Assembly (NCBI GenBank): GCA_024704765.1
Contig: JAKMXF010000314.1
Span: forward strand, 343,418-407,417
Direction: 5' to 3'
Length of the DNA stretch: 64,000 bases
Origin: Oopsacas minuta
Taxonomy: Eukaryota; Animalia; Porifera
Positions 13,638-27,327 of the stretch are shown here, one piece after another (positions within the stretch are counted from its first letter, which is position 1; every line of letters starts with the position of its first letter). Position numbers and translations under genes: made by a program. The notes below the pieces were generated by a model. The model was not told where the DNA came from, did no database searches, and saw only the letters and a program-made list of their open reading frames with translations.

Positions 13638-14324
13638 TATATATTGCAGTGTATTAGTGATTTCGTCTGTACGCGTACACACGAATATTTTTAGTGTAAT
13701 AGAGTTTACAATAGCATATGGGTTGTTTATATTATACCCTGTGTATTTCTAAGGCATTGTGGTTAGAGGTGTTCAAATATTATGCATAACTTGTCAACCG
13801 CGAGATCACGATACATTCGTGTTTATAGCTTCATTTTCTTGATATAGTTCTCATTATTTTGTTTGTCTTTATAGTTCCATTAAATTAGTATTCTTTTATT
13901 TGTTGTCTTGTTTGCTTAGTTCTTTTTCTGGCTCTTGTTACTTCCTAAAATAATTATGTCACTCATATCTATGTTATGGATAGTATATTTTATGCTGATA
14001 ACGTGGCATTAGTTTCATAATTTGTTTCGGAAATCCTCTTTACAATGTTACTGTAGTTACTACATGTTTGACTACTTATATTACATGTCTGATATAGTTC
14101 ATATCAAGGAAATAACATCCGATTAGTAGTAACGACAACAGCAAACGTAATAAAATCTGATCAATGACGCTACACTGATATGTACTAATCCAAACAAATC
14201 AAATATAAACAACCCATATCTATAGTAAACTCTCATACACTAAAATATACGTGTGTACGACTACCCCCGAAACATTTAGTGTATACGCGTACACACGAAA
14301 ATCTCTAATACACTGCGATATATA
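13638..14324. mobile_element. foldback MITE with about 100 bp imperfect TIRs
   Basis: 13638-13735 (ATTGCAGTGTATTAG...GGGTTGTTTATATT) is the reverse complement of about 14197-14324 apart from a small insertion. A related end occurs near 47380-47420. Confidence 0.75.
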
Positions 14325-15329
14325 AAACTCAACTGAAGATGTGGAAGTCACCAGGAATATACCATGATTTAAATTACTCTAACCTTGAAATGCAACCTCA
14401 TAAGAAGATAAATATGATCGATTCAATTCGTCACAAACCGACATTTCCACGACACTTTCAATAAGAGATCAAAATACCTACATTGATTAGTAAAATGAAA
14501 CACAGCCGTATGTTCCAAAACGAGAGAATTACCACCTACTTGAACAATGGAATCATCATAAAGATACCCATTATTGTAAAAAATCACAATGTAACTATTC
14601 GTCATTCAGGCAATCTCATCAGAGAGCGAGAGGAATTTAAGTACATTTAATGTTTGACAATAATAACATCTGCACATATTTCAATGTAGTAAAGAACACA
14701 GAAGCGGATTGTGTAGTGATAGAAGGTTAAAAAACACCTTAATTATTGTGTGAGGAGATAAAATTACATTTACATTATACGTATTTACTTCATAGTTCAA
14801 AAATTGAATAAATATTTGTCAGAAAATTCTACGAATGAGTCATTATCAATGGACAATGGGTCACATGGATCATAGTCCACTGCTGGTGAGCCATTTACAG
14901 CTCTGGTCCTGATTGATTTGGATGTGGTTAATTCGTTTGAGATGCACGAGAATATTAGTGAAATTTCTTTACCACAACAACGCTCATGAATTTGGCAACA
15001 TTCCTCATCGAGAAAGCTCTTTCGACTGCACTTGTACATTAAAGTCCTAATAAATGCAGAACATGACTCAACATAGTCGTAAAAGATTGTTCAAAGGTTG
15101 CAAGCGTGGCATCCGGGGGATTCTCAGAATCTGCTAGAGATCAAGAATCATTATAAAACCTTCCTTCTACACAATTTTACCTTTGGCGCCTGGACAATTT
15201 CTCATGAACGCATTCGTATTGTTTGAAAATTCAACAGAGAAATTATCTCCCAAAACTTGATCAGCTCAGGAGGTTCATAAACCTTTAATAGAATCGCTCT
15301 TGATAACGAAACAACTAGAGGAGTTACCC

Positions 15330-15660
15330 CAACTAAAAATCTAGTGGATTAGATAGGATAGATGTAAACATCATGGAAAGATGTGCCAGATATCATTGCT
15401 CAATAGTTGGCAAGATTTATGAATTGTCAGGAACAACTGGTCAAGTCTCGAATATCCGGAAATTTGCAAGAGTGGCACGAAGATATAAAAAGGGATTCAA
15501 ATGATCCTGTAAACTATAGGTAGAACTAATAGTGTACTTCGAGGACAAGCCAAAATACTGGGAAATATGTCAGATATGCTGAATTCTCTTATATAAATCG
15601 GTATAATCGCCTCTCACATAAAGAATTTGACCTCAGAAGCCAGCTCTGCTTATGACATTA
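15330..15660 (+). mobile_element. decayed LINE reverse-transcriptase fragment
   Basis: KSSGLDRIDVNIMERCA (KSSGPDGIHPxILKECA-like) and NDPVNYR (NDPxNYRP), with frameshifts and stops. Confidence 0.6.
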
Positions 15661-15899
15661 ACTGATAGCTAATCATTTTCTAGCCCCCCAAGATCATACA
15701 GGGAAATTTGGTATGAAGTTTAGATTGTACGTGACTAGCTGTGTTTTGATTCTATATTCTTTCATTTTGATACACTGAGATCAAGAAAGATGAAAAATAT
15801 TGTAGTGGATGGAATGAAGCAAAGGCTACGGATCAAGAAGAAAGAAAACTACAGGAAGCTTTAGAAGTACAGTACAACTCGGATAAGACGTGTTAATAC

Positions 15900-16400
15900 C
15901 CACTAATTTGTTTGCTGAGGGGGGTGAAAGACTCAATACTCTTAACCTTTCATTGTAAGATAAAAATAGTAATGTTATGGATTTTGTCGACAAGCATTCT
16001 GCCTTTCAAGCAATAATTGACCTCTGAGGAAACAAGATAACTAGCGGTACGGTTACAATGTTTTCCTACCTATGTAGGTAAGTTGAAGATTGCGAAATTA
16101 GTATCAGCGAAGCGTTGCAAATTGCATTGCAGCGCATTTGCAATCACTTAAAGAAGATATCTCTAGATACTTCCCAGAAACAACAAAATCCAAATACACT
16201 TGTTTGAAATTCTTTTCTGACGAAAATCGATTACTGCATTCCTGATAATCACGATGTAGCATAGGATTATTTCATCAAACTTGTAAATGACTCAGGAACA
16301 CAAACATTACTTCAAGAGTTATACAAAGTTGGAAAGTAGGTCGTGGTCATAAAAATAGTTGCAAACCCTTGATCTAGAGTATACATATAAAGATCTTGCA
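15900..16400 (+). mobile_element. Buster/ZBED8-type hAT transposase remnant
   Basis: ERLNTLNLSL*DKNSNVMDFVDKHSAFQAIIDL*GNK...TMF and HLQSLKEDISRYFPE match the LNxLNLSLQG...KLxLW and HLxxLxxxFxxYFPE segments. Confidence 0.75.
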
Positions 16401-17940
16401 AGTAGAAAAACAAGTAAAGTAGCTGTTTATTATACAAACATTTAGTTACTGAATAAATAATAAATGTCAAATCATCCAAATTATCCAGCCCATGGCCTAC
16501 TAGACTGTCCTCCCGGTTTCGGCGGCTATAAAGGTAACGTCTGTCTTAAGATTGAGATCAAGAGGCGTAGGACTTGATAAATTAACAACTAATGTTGGAT
16601 AAATTTAAGCAGGGCACCGATGAATCGGTTTCGTAGTGCCAAAGTTCAATGTATTTTTAGAATCAATCGTAAGCTGTTTCCGTACTTATCAGTTGTTTTA
16701 ACTATATGAAGCTCTCAGATTGTAAATAATGTGGAATTTATATATATTCCCATCGTATTTTCTTACTACATTTTCCTGAAAATATCTGTTAGGAAATACC
16801 AGTTTCGGAAGTATATAGAATCAAAGTTGTTACTACGATATACTGACAATATTGTATAGAACAGTGGGTCAAACTCCTACAGAGGATCACATAAATATAT
16901 AATAATCGATGGTAGCCTCTTAGAAATTATGTTCCGCCCATGTATAAATGAATATATAGATAATCATATCATAAGTTATAGTCCAAACGTCTAGTGATAG
17001 TATTCAAAATACTCAATTGTATTCCGAAAATTGATCATCAATTTGACTATTAGAAGATCGTAAATTAGTTCGTAATCGGATCGGAGATCCTTTTAGAATT
17101 TAAGATCTGAACTGGGAACGCCCATCATAATTTCAGCCAGGATCGGGATCGGGATCTAGATCCTTTAATTGAGGATCTTCTAATGCCCTAATTATAGGAT
17201 AGTAAATCAGATTGTAATTGGATCGAAGAATTTCTCAGAATCTATGAAAGAAACCGTAACGCTAGAGTAAAATGATGAAATATTCACAAATGAACATAAG
17301 TAGGAGTAAAAGTCATTCGCTGATTATGAATATTGACATAAAAAATAGGGTTAGATCCAACTGAAGGAGTAGGATGCATTGGATGTATTCAAAAGTGTCC
17401 ATAGGGGACATTAATGCAGGTAAGTGAAATTCAAGAAGGGTTTCCAAAGTAACATCACTATTCACGCTTATCTAAAACATCATGAGGATTTCAAGACCAA
17501 CTTAGGCTAAGAATACAATTTAGCCTTAAGACAACTCAGGTTAATAAAGAAAACACAAATATTACACTCAGGAAGTACCGTGTTCTTTGTTGTAAATACA
17601 TTCGATGCGCTAACCGGACTGAAGTATTTCAAAAGATCCAAATTCTCCAATTTTCTTTTGGATGATGTATACCATAAAACGTGTATAATTGGAGAGCTGG
17701 AACAGCGAATCTCCTGTAACCCCCACATTCCCTAAGTATATTTTCAAATGTAAATGTCTTTAACAAGAGATGTTAGATCAAAATGTAGAGCTATTTCTCC
17801 CAAAATTGATCTTCAATTATATTTGCTAAATATTTATGACCGACGGTATATGTTGAATAGAAGAATTGGTAAAAATATCCTCCTGAAACCGAAAGATTTC
17901 AATTTCCAATAGGGATAAATAAGCCCTTTTCTCCAAATAC

Positions 17941-19099
17941 CAGGCTTGCCGTGGATGAGAAAAATCCCATCCATATCCATATCCATATCCATGTCATTTT
18001 TGCGTGGATATCCAACAACCAGGATATCCATGAATATTTCAAAGACCTAGAACATCTTATCTATAACGGCCATTCAAGGCTAGTGGTGACTATTATGTAC
18101 AGGTAACCGGTATGTAGATGTAGATTACTAATGAAAATCTATTAATATACTAAACGTTATAAACTGAAGCTCTAGATATTATGTAAACTGTCATTCATAA
18201 ACTCTTCGATATCACTATCGTCTTCAAATGGCTCATTGTTGATGACCAACGCAACTTCCTTTGGCTCGATTACAATTCACAGCTTCTTGATTATTGTGAT
18301 TACATTTTCTGGTATCTGATGTATACTAATTTCTTCATGACCGCCGGTGACATTCTCTTTCTCATTTTTGAAAGTAGGTTGCCGGCCTGGCTGAACAACC
18401 TCTCCACGGTTGCAGAAGATATTGGTGCCGAGAAAATTATCTTTGCACAGGTGGGCAGACGTGTTAAGACACTGTACCGCCAAAACTGAGTTGGATCCTC
18501 CATTGGTACCCGGGTGTCTCTGAATTCTTGGAGCTCTATACCAAGAGGAGTAGCCTTTTGCCTTTTGGCTAGCAACACCAGAATTCACGAGTGAAAGGGA
18601 TGAATAGCAGTAGCAATAATTGCATCATAATTGCACAGTATTGGTTACCTTCCACCAACATAGATCTTGAAAGAATTCAAAACTTTAGATGAAATCTGGC
18701 ACTATTCGTGACACAACAATTGCTGACATTACAATAATTGGCTACCTACTCGACTTCACCGATCTTACCGATAATAACTAATTTTCCATCATAATCGATT
18801 CTCAATTGGGAAATCAAATAATTTCATAATTTGATATTCATACGGTATGAAATAATAATCGTGTGCTGCTAGTTAGTTACATGTAATACACCAGCTTAGC
18901 TGATGGGGTTAATTGATGGGGCCGACAAATTTAGATGGGGCGCTAGCCCCATCTAACCCCATACTAGAGCCGCCACTGAACAACACTAGTAAGTGTACTT
19001 AGTAATATTGTTAATTTATTTATAACAGCATCCCTGTTATTGAATATCCTATGGATATGACCAATCCACCCATAGATATCCATATCCACGACAAGCCTG
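17941..19099 (-). mobile_element. internally deleted hAT element with both TIRs and a perfect 8 bp TSD
   Basis: TIRs CAGGCTTG(C/T)CGTGGAT. TSD CCAAATAC at 17933-17940 and 19100-19107. ATATCC subterminal repeats. hAT dimerisation domain FWRY...APISSATVERLFSQAGNLLSKMRKRMSP at 18300-18578. Confidence 0.92.
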
Positions 19100-19938
19100 C
19101 CAAATACGGAACAATAGAGTATCCAAGAAAATGTATGGTAAATTCCCCACTGACAGGGGTAAATGTCACTGTTTTGAGGCATAGGTATCTCTAAAGTATG
19201 TCCAATTTCTCCCTCCCCGCTTAAAGAAGTTCCCATTTATATAGACTCTACTTATGCCATGTCAGTTGGCATCGTTCAGTGTCTTGAGACTAAATTTATG
19301 AAAATTGTTTCATAGTATTTTTCCAGCCACATCTAGTTGCGTAAATAAAGAATGACATCATTATTATCACAATATTTCTAGAGCAAATGCCAATTTAGAT
19401 AGTCCAATTCTGACTCCATTCTAGAATTCTACGAGTCTAACTTACCCCATGATAAATTGTTCGAGAATTTTAGAAGAGTGGATGAGGAATTTACACAAAA
19501 TATTTGTGCCACTTGGGCAGAAGTCTCACTAATCTAATTTGAAATGCATCTTGGTCTAACAAAAATGTTTCAAAATTGTTTGCATTTCAAGCAAAGTAAT
19601 AATAAAACACCGTTTAGAGATACTTCAAACAATTTTCAAATTTATCCCATTGTGGCACAAAAATTAATATGGTAATAGCTCAGCAAAATTTGTATCCATA
19701 TCTTGTTTCCCAAAAAAGAAATATTTGTATGTAATCATTATTCATAAAATGCAAATATGAAGAATGGTGCATATAGAACACAGATAAGCTAAAGATTCTT
19801 GCTACCGAAATTTTGAGTAGTGGCCTAGGAAATTATAAAAATTGGATATTACATGGCTAGTATGCATTGCAAACAAATTCTAAAGAATAACTGTCGGGAA
19901 TTTTACAGTTAGAAATTCAATAAATGTTTAGTAAATAC

Positions 19939-20213
19939 CTCTCTTCCATCCTGCGGAGATTCTCTGTGATAGATTGAATTTGTGCAGAAAATTGTTTGCA
20001 TTTTTGATTTGAAAAATCTAATTCTTCTTTAAACTTCCGAATTTCTAAATCATAAGATTCTTCAATCTTAATTAGTTCGGAATCTCTTTCACGTCTCCTT
20101 AATCTTTCTTCTTCGTATTGATTACTCAATTGTTCATTGTCAGTACTAACTGCATTGATCATATCTAAATAACGGCGATTATCTCTCTGAGTTGAATCCA
20201 GATTTTCAAAAAC
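19939..20213 (-). CDS. JIP3/JIP4-like scaffold, exon 2 (RH1 domain end and first coiled coil)
   Basis: 275 nt exon, aatag|GTT...AG|gtattt. VFENLDS...DNEQLSNQYEEERLRR matches JIP3/4 VLENLDS...DNEQLITQYEREKALR. Joins exon 1 in phase 0. Confidence 0.88.
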
Positions 20214-21478
20214 CTATTAACAGTCATATTACAACAGAAATTATATAGAGATACAAATAAATAATGCCTCATAAACCGAAAAAGGTTAACAAACTGGGAA
20301 CAGCAAAACAAAATTAGAAGGACAGGGAAGCAAGTGCATATGAAGCCAGGAGTAAAATTTCACTAAGGTTGGATGGAAGTGTTAGCTTATTTTACTTCTG
20401 GTTACTGATGAAAGGTATACAAAAATATGTCATATTACCAGTACAAATAATACAATATACCGTATTTCCCTGAATAAACTCTAGAGGTAGGAAAACACCA
20501 AGGCTTTGTGAATAAATCCATTTACTTTCTTAGAGACTATTACTGATGAAATTCTAGAAATCATTTCATTATAAAATTGAAAATTGTCCGGATTAAGCGT
20601 AAATTATGTGGAGATGTATGAATTTTGTATCACAATGAAACAGAGAATTCGCAAGGAGATTTCCCAAGGGAGGCAAACAAATTACTATGGGGGAGGACGA
20701 GGGCAAGGTGTTTTCACCCGCTTTCAAGAGACATGCCAAGTGGCGGATCTATAAATATATAGTTGGGTATAATCATCCAGCTGGGCAGTGAAGTCGTGTG
20801 GCTTTGAAATCTGGGGGACAACAAATATTCGATGAGGGACTATGGACCCTGTAATCTGGAAACAATATGGTCCAGGAGTGAAACCCATCACAAGAATTAA
20901 CTTATTGTTGAGAATTGGCCTTGGAGCAATGATCAGAGAATATTAGGGGTGCCTGCTCCCCAGTCACAAATAGCACGACGCCACTACAGCAGTGAGTCTG
21001 GGCCGTTGCAAGTATTCAAGCGTAGTCGCGGGTAGCCACAGGACAACAAGCTATCATTGTTACCACATTAATTACCTTTCTACTGTCATATAGGATTGAA
21101 CTTTGAAACAATTTCTCATAACAGTGTAAAACACATTTGGTTTGGAGTATTTTCGATTGACTTTGTGCTTTGCGTAAGTGAACAAGATTGATACATTTGC
21201 TCAGTGGTATACTCGAAAGATAATACATAGATACATAGATCAATAGAAGATATATTCGCGCAGATACTTGGGTGAGATTACATAATATATGAGGGTAAGA
21301 CACGAGCGAAATTTTACAGTTTGAATTGAGGAGGCATACCACGGAGTACAAGTTCATCAGAGGGGCTACCTCAAGTGTCAGTAGGAATGTATTCATAATT
21401 CTACGTATGCTAACTAAATTATATTAGCTGAGGTTACACTTTGGTATAATAGCAAGTTAGCAACAACTTAGTATTCTC

Positions 21479-21760
21479 CAGGCTTGTAAAAAGTCATTAA
21501 TTTTCTCAAATCAAATCATTTGAGATGTATGCAAATTTCAAATCAATTCAAATCAAATCAAATCAAATATTTGAAATATTTGACCTGATTGAAATTCAAA
21601 TCGTATTTCAAATCATTTCCGAATCATTATTAAATCGTATTCAAATTTTGAAAATGATTGTATATATTTGAAATATATATGGAAATGGTTTGGATAAGAA
21701 TAGAAAATGATTTGAAATTCATTTTCAAATCATTGTCGAATCATTATTAAATACAAGTGT
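21479..21760. repeat. TCAAAT/TTTGAA-rich repeat array, probably the subterminal region of a hAT-type MITE
   Basis: Dense (TCAAA)n and ATTTGAAAT motifs beginning at CAGGCTTGT. Confidence 0.5.
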
Positions 21761-23495
21761 GAAGTTAGCCTAATATTCAACCATGTAAACTCCAATCATA
21801 GATTTTACTCACTTGTATACCTCTGATTTAAACGTAATTGGTATCATTCGAAAAAGGAGTGTTGGACGTTTTGGCAATATAAATAATTTTCAAAAATTTT
21901 ACTTTTTACTACTTTTGTATCATGCTAGGTATGTATACACCTTCTTTCGAAACTACGGTCAAAATTTTTGAGTTGATTTTGAAATTCCTTACAATATTTA
22001 AGAGATATTGGCTTTTCTTTAAATTAAAGTCATTCCAAAATTCCTACAACTCGCTAAACTATCAGATTTCAAAGTTGAAGTTGGAAGTTTTAGTTTAGGG
22101 GGTGGATTAGATTATACATAAGGTAGGGTCAGTTCAAACTGTTGTTTCTTAACCTTTACCATACTGAATATAAAATATATTACTGCTAATCGAAAGTTGA
22201 GGTGTGAACGTCTCTAACAATATCAATATTATCGTGAAATACCAAAAAATTAGCCCCCACATCACCATTCACAAATCCTAGATTCACAGATTTTTGTTTA
22301 TTACGAATCCCAACTTTGAAGTCAATTCTCGAAATTATTTACCAACAGATTCGCCTCAAACTTTACAGATACCCTCTATCGCATTCTTTAATTCAATTTC
22401 TTAAAAAGGCAGTGCCTGCTTGTAGTTTTATTACTTTTTAATCTTTTAATCTATTATTTCCCCATTTCTTTAGTCTTTACAAGACTGTTGCTGCTGTATA
22501 GGCCATCGTTTTATCCTGTAAGCCCATACACATTGACTGTTATCTTACGTATAGGAAGGCACATTAGCCTCCTTGCGTTAGTTACCATTCTATTATTGCA
22601 TACTAATTTTCATTTTAAAAGAGGGCTTCGCAAATACTAAGTTTATTAACTAATTAAATAATTAATACAGCAAATTATTCATGTAAGAACAACAAACAAG
22701 TACTTATTCCAAATGAATGTTTTAAGTTGTTTCACCAAATATGATCTCCGCAAAAAGATCCGAATTTTTATCTGGTACAATTGTTTTGAACAATACAAAT
22801 TATAAGCAAAAGTACTATAATCAGATTGAAATAATAATGACTAATGAGAATCTTATAGACTAATACAATAGAAGATACAAAAATCGAATTGGATATCACA
22901 CATACTATTTGAGATATTTAGAATGCACACAATATATTAAGGATAGAATTACACATTATCTTAGCTTATTTAGTATAATAAGTACATCAGTAGAAGAGCT
23001 CTTCAATTAATTTGTCTAGACAGACAGTGTAGTGACTGGTGATATCCTGGTAATGGTAATTTAACCCAATGACACTTCTAAAATATAAATTGCTTTTGTC
23101 TTTTTTCAATCTTCTGGCTTGTCTTCAAGTACATTTGTTTGCTTCATAATAATGAAGAAATTCTCAACAATTTTCAGGTATTATCAGATGTATTTGACCA
23201 GAATTAAAGCATGGCACTCAAAATTATTCCACCCAATAAACAAATACTAATATATGCGTAAATGTGAAGTTAAATTATCAATCTGGTTCCCCTATCCCCT
23301 ATTCGAAGTATGTCCTGTACTTGTACAAGATTCTTTTAATAATACAATTTAGGAATAATTCCAATTTATAGATACAAAGGTGTAGTTTAAATTATACGAG
23401 TGGCTCCTCATTCTAAACTCCTTCCTGTTTTATATTAAGCAGTACAGATCGACTTTACACATCTAACTGGTTTAACAAATAATTAAATTTACATA

Positions 23496-23640
23496 CAGTA
23501 GAACTCGGTTAGTACGTACTTTCTAAAGAACAGAATATCAATTCTTGTACTAATTGCATAAGAAAAAGGTTCGGATAGGACGTACTTAGTACGTACTATG
23601 TTTTGCTTCCCGAGGGGTACGTCTTATCCGAGTTATACTG
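23496..23640. mobile_element. 145 bp Tc1/pogo-type MITE
   Basis: TIRs CAGTAGAACTCGGTTAGTACG / CGTCTTATCCGAGTTATACTG with TA on both sides. A solitary related TIR lies at 15870-15890. Confidence 0.8.
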
Positions 23641-23899
23641 TATTTAATCCATTACAATTTCCGATAAAGATCCGAAATATTCTTGTTTCACTTCTCTACC
23701 ATTAATGTTTATGTTGTAGTCAATTGCAGAAATTAGTTGCGCAAGTAAATTAGGAAAAATACTGCAGACACCAATTAATTAAGACTACATATACTAGGAA
23801 GTATTCATTGCATAAAATTAGTCAAATCTACCCTTACAATTGGCTCATAATGAATTCCGCTATGATTTAAACACATAGATCCAATAGGTGGTGATTCTA

Positions 23900-25800
23900 G
23901 CCTATCAATCAATATTTTCCCACACCCAGAAAATACCATCGATATATTTCTCATATCTGAAGTAAAACCCAAATATCTGTTTGTAACAACAGTGCTGATG
24001 CGAATAACTCAACAACAGTTCCCCATGTCTGGTCATTGCGCATTGTAGATTTAATTATGTGATCGTTAACAGTCCTATAATTTATTACAGATCGTGCAAA
24101 TTTGTTGCAAACAAACTTATTACAGTCTTCCTTCAATTTCCAATCATATTTTCTACAATAGAAGAACGCATAATATGGAAATCACTACTCCCTGTGAGAC
24201 AATAGGAGAGAGAAGAAAAAATTATTTCCATCTCCGGCCGGGAAGATGCGGCATCTTAGATGAAATATTTTCTTAGATAATATTATATTTCTTTTCATTA
24301 TTTATTAAGATACGTAGAGTATTGTTATAAATTTGTTCAAAATGCTTGCCGAATGGCGACTTCTGTCTATAAGTTAAGCCATTTTCTTTAGAAAATTATC
24401 ATACTCGAAATTTACTGGAAGTTCATTATTAAATACAATCTCTCCCTTAATACACTGTTCTAATTTCAACTACTTTATTTTGAAGAACAACAGATTGTTT
24501 CAGATCACGAAACATAACATAGTAATTCAAATAGATGATCAATCGCATGCATATTGTTACTGTTTAAGATGCGACCAAATACATGTCAAATTATTCTTTG
24601 TATGTTTCAATCTATTACAAATCTAAAGTATAACTAATCCTGTATATTACATGAGCAGAACATAGATGTAACACAGTCGGAAGATTAAAATATTCACTAT
24701 TAATTACAAATCTCCAAAATTTGTGGAGGTAATTCAGAATAGAAAACTTATTAAATGCTAAACAAGTTCTATGTATCATCGCCCAACTATAGTCAATTTC
24801 CACCTTATTAATTTGTAAATCTCTATAAATAACAATATTATACTTAATCACCATTTGTTTAAGAAATGCGAGATTTCATCAGTGCTATGATCACTGTTAA
24901 TCATCCCTGCAACTGGTATCGGACTGGTAGAATACTAGGGATGTGTACCGTCAGAGCGTAATAACATATTTTTCTTTGAACAAGAAGGAGGTTTGCTAAT
25001 TACGGGACCAGTAGTATCAAAATTTAGGACAACAACCTTGTTCTTGAATAATGTAGGAGTTTGATTTGTGTAGCAGTTGTCATAAGTATTATAAACAGAT
25101 CTTGTACAAAATACTGAACAGAATAGGATAATCATGGAGCAGATACCGAAAGTATTACTGAGTGGCCGCCACATCTTCAATAAATGTATTAGAAAACCTA
25201 TTCTCTGATTTCATTTCAGATTTCACTTTCCTTAAACAATAAGCCGATGTTAGATAAGTTAAATTTCCATAATAAAATCCACCAGTTTTATCAGAAGTAT
25301 TGAACTGTTTATTACATATATTATTAACTGAATTGTTCACTAAGAGTACTACCATATTAATGCGCTCACCATAAGATAAATGGCGACAGTAAAAGCACGC
25401 GCCATCTGTATATTAAGGAGAAAGGGATACTTCCGCGTAAAATTTGACAACTACCCGATTATTGAACATACTTATCTCATGCTCGATATAAAATAGGTAA
25501 ACTCGACGATTTTCAAATTTACATTCTGCTTTTGCTCGTAGGAAAGGGCTGTTGACCTTACGACCATCAGCATTTTTCAACCAATAAGATCTGATTTTAA
25601 TACACATGTACTATTTATGTTATGAAACTTGTCTGCAAAAACATTTGTCCAATTGCTTACTAAAGACGTTCTACCATTAGAATCGGTAATACAAATACAA
25701 TGCCACTCAGAAAATTCAAAATAGAACTCTCCATTCTCAGAACTTGTATTAGTTACAATTTCGATCTCAAAGCCAACTTCTATCAACTGATTTAGTATTT
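23900..25800 (-). mobile_element. decayed Mutator-like (NOF-FB-like) transposase with a C-terminal OTU-type peptidase domain
   Basis: LNFDTTGPVISKP, YYAL, PIPVAGMINSDHSTDEISHFL, VEIDYSWAMI..CLAFN, TVLHLCSAH. Downstream GDGNNFF..LSYCLTG and TMRNDQTWGTVVELFASALLLQTDIW are OTU-like. Frameshifted throughout. Confidence 0.6.
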
Positions 25801-26576
25801 ACTCGGATTCTAGAAAACAAGTAATGCTGTAAGGCTGGAGAATAGGAACAGGTTCAGTAACTTTACCGTCTACTCGATTCGCTAGATATTCAGCATATGT
25901 ATTCTCTAATATGGTGATACCATTAGTGTCAAACTAACAGTGGACTAAACCCAACAAAGCTTTTAGCATACGTTTCTGAAAACATATTAATGAAACCAAA
26001 ACATTCATCAATATAACAGGCTTCAGCTAATTGCAACTATCCTGGAACATTTTGGGAACAATTTTACCCATAAATCCTCGTACCGTCTACCCACAACAGA
26101 GCTTCAGTGGAATGAAACATGTAAAACAAGTTAGGAATTTGCTTAACTCACTATTAGTTACACAATCGGAATCTCTCTCTAACTCGTCATATATAGTTAA
26201 ATCAGAAGCTGAAGAACACAATAAGTAGATTATCGTCTTGTAAATCTAATTGAAAATCCATTATATTGAATTCACCAAACAAACGAAATAGTATATCAAT
26301 GATATTCATTTTGTACCTATGTTGTGAACTGGACCCTTACGGCTGCCAGCCTTACCCATTCTTTTTCTTGTAGAATTAGCAAGGGAATTAATGATAATGA
26401 CAAGTGCACTGGTCTCTACTTTTCGTACTTTCGACGTTATGATCAGCAAGTTATCTGTCAGCTCCAAAATTTCTAGCTCTATTTGGGGATTCATTTGTAA
26501 GAAAGTCTACTCTCACAATAGACTTGACCAAAGACATAAACTATACCTAAAGTGGAAAAACAACTCGTGCAATATT

Positions 26577-26806
26577 CAGATGCAGATATAATTGATTGAT
26601 CATATTTTCACACCCTTGGGCTAACAATTCAGAATGATGAAATAGATTTCGCCTCAACAATTAGACAGGGATCATTGAGATACTAGGATGAAACTTGATA
26701 TTGTATAATAGGGACAAATAGTTGGGATGTCAAGATAGTGAACACAGGCAAAGAATGAACGATACTCGCTAGGTATAGTATATTAACCTAAAATCTTGCT
26801 CAGACA
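26577..26806 (+). repeat. about 230 bp dispersed repeat, copy 1
   Basis: Colinear with 45867-46095 (shared GATATAATTGATTGATCATATT, CATTGAGATACTAGGAT, GAACACAGGCAAAGAAT, AATCTTGCTCAGACA). No TIRs seen. Confidence 0.85.
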
Positions 26807-26999
26807 GCACAGTGTGGAATATGCTGTAATAGGTGAGAATATGACTTCGCTCTTTACCAAATTAAATGTGTGCATTCGACTTTATACTATTTCAAACCTA
26901 GAAATATACTTTTATTAGTTATTCAATGGCCTTATAAACATGTCTAACCAAAGTCTCAAACTTAGGCTAAAATTTGAAATTTTGAAAACTTGAAAACCA

Positions 27000-27310
27000 A
27001 GGTACTTTTCCGAAACTTCAACCCTACTTTCAGAACATGATGAAATAGCGAACAGGAATTTGCATCAAAAGAAAATGCTAAATATACAAGCCCCGATATC
27101 TAAAATGAACTCCTTGGAATTAAGGCTAAGCCAATTCGGGAGGAAATCGTGCATGATCTAGAAAGGAGTAGACGTTATGCCTTTATATGCGATTAACGAA
27201 ATACATTACTAAAGTTGAGCGTTTGGCTTGTATACTTCGTTTCGTTGATCTGAACACCTGTGAACCTACCCAAGTGCTATTAGACATGTCTTCAACAGAT
27301 GGATTAGATT
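27000..27310 (+). mobile_element. third, more diverged fragment of the copy A/B hAT family
   Basis: Aligns to about 55425-55735 (e.g. GCTAAGCCAATTCGGGAGGAAATCGTGCATGATCTAGAAAGG identical). Confidence 0.9.
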
Positions 27311-27327
27311 TAGAAGTGAGTCGGGCC

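Noticed and set aside
14423-14605. ORF with an AG|GTATTT donor like the JIP donors
   Set aside because: No good acceptor and no JIP similarity; lies between transposon remnants.
17350-17425. GCIGCIQKCP, resembling a 4Fe-4S motif of ABCE1, followed by a plus-strand donor
   Set aside because: An in-frame stop follows CP, all three frames are closed from the nearest acceptor, and no other exons are present.
21016-21396. 126 aa ORF, and an opposite-strand EEAYHG resembling the PARP motif
   Set aside because: No recognisable domain; the opposite-strand frames are full of stops.
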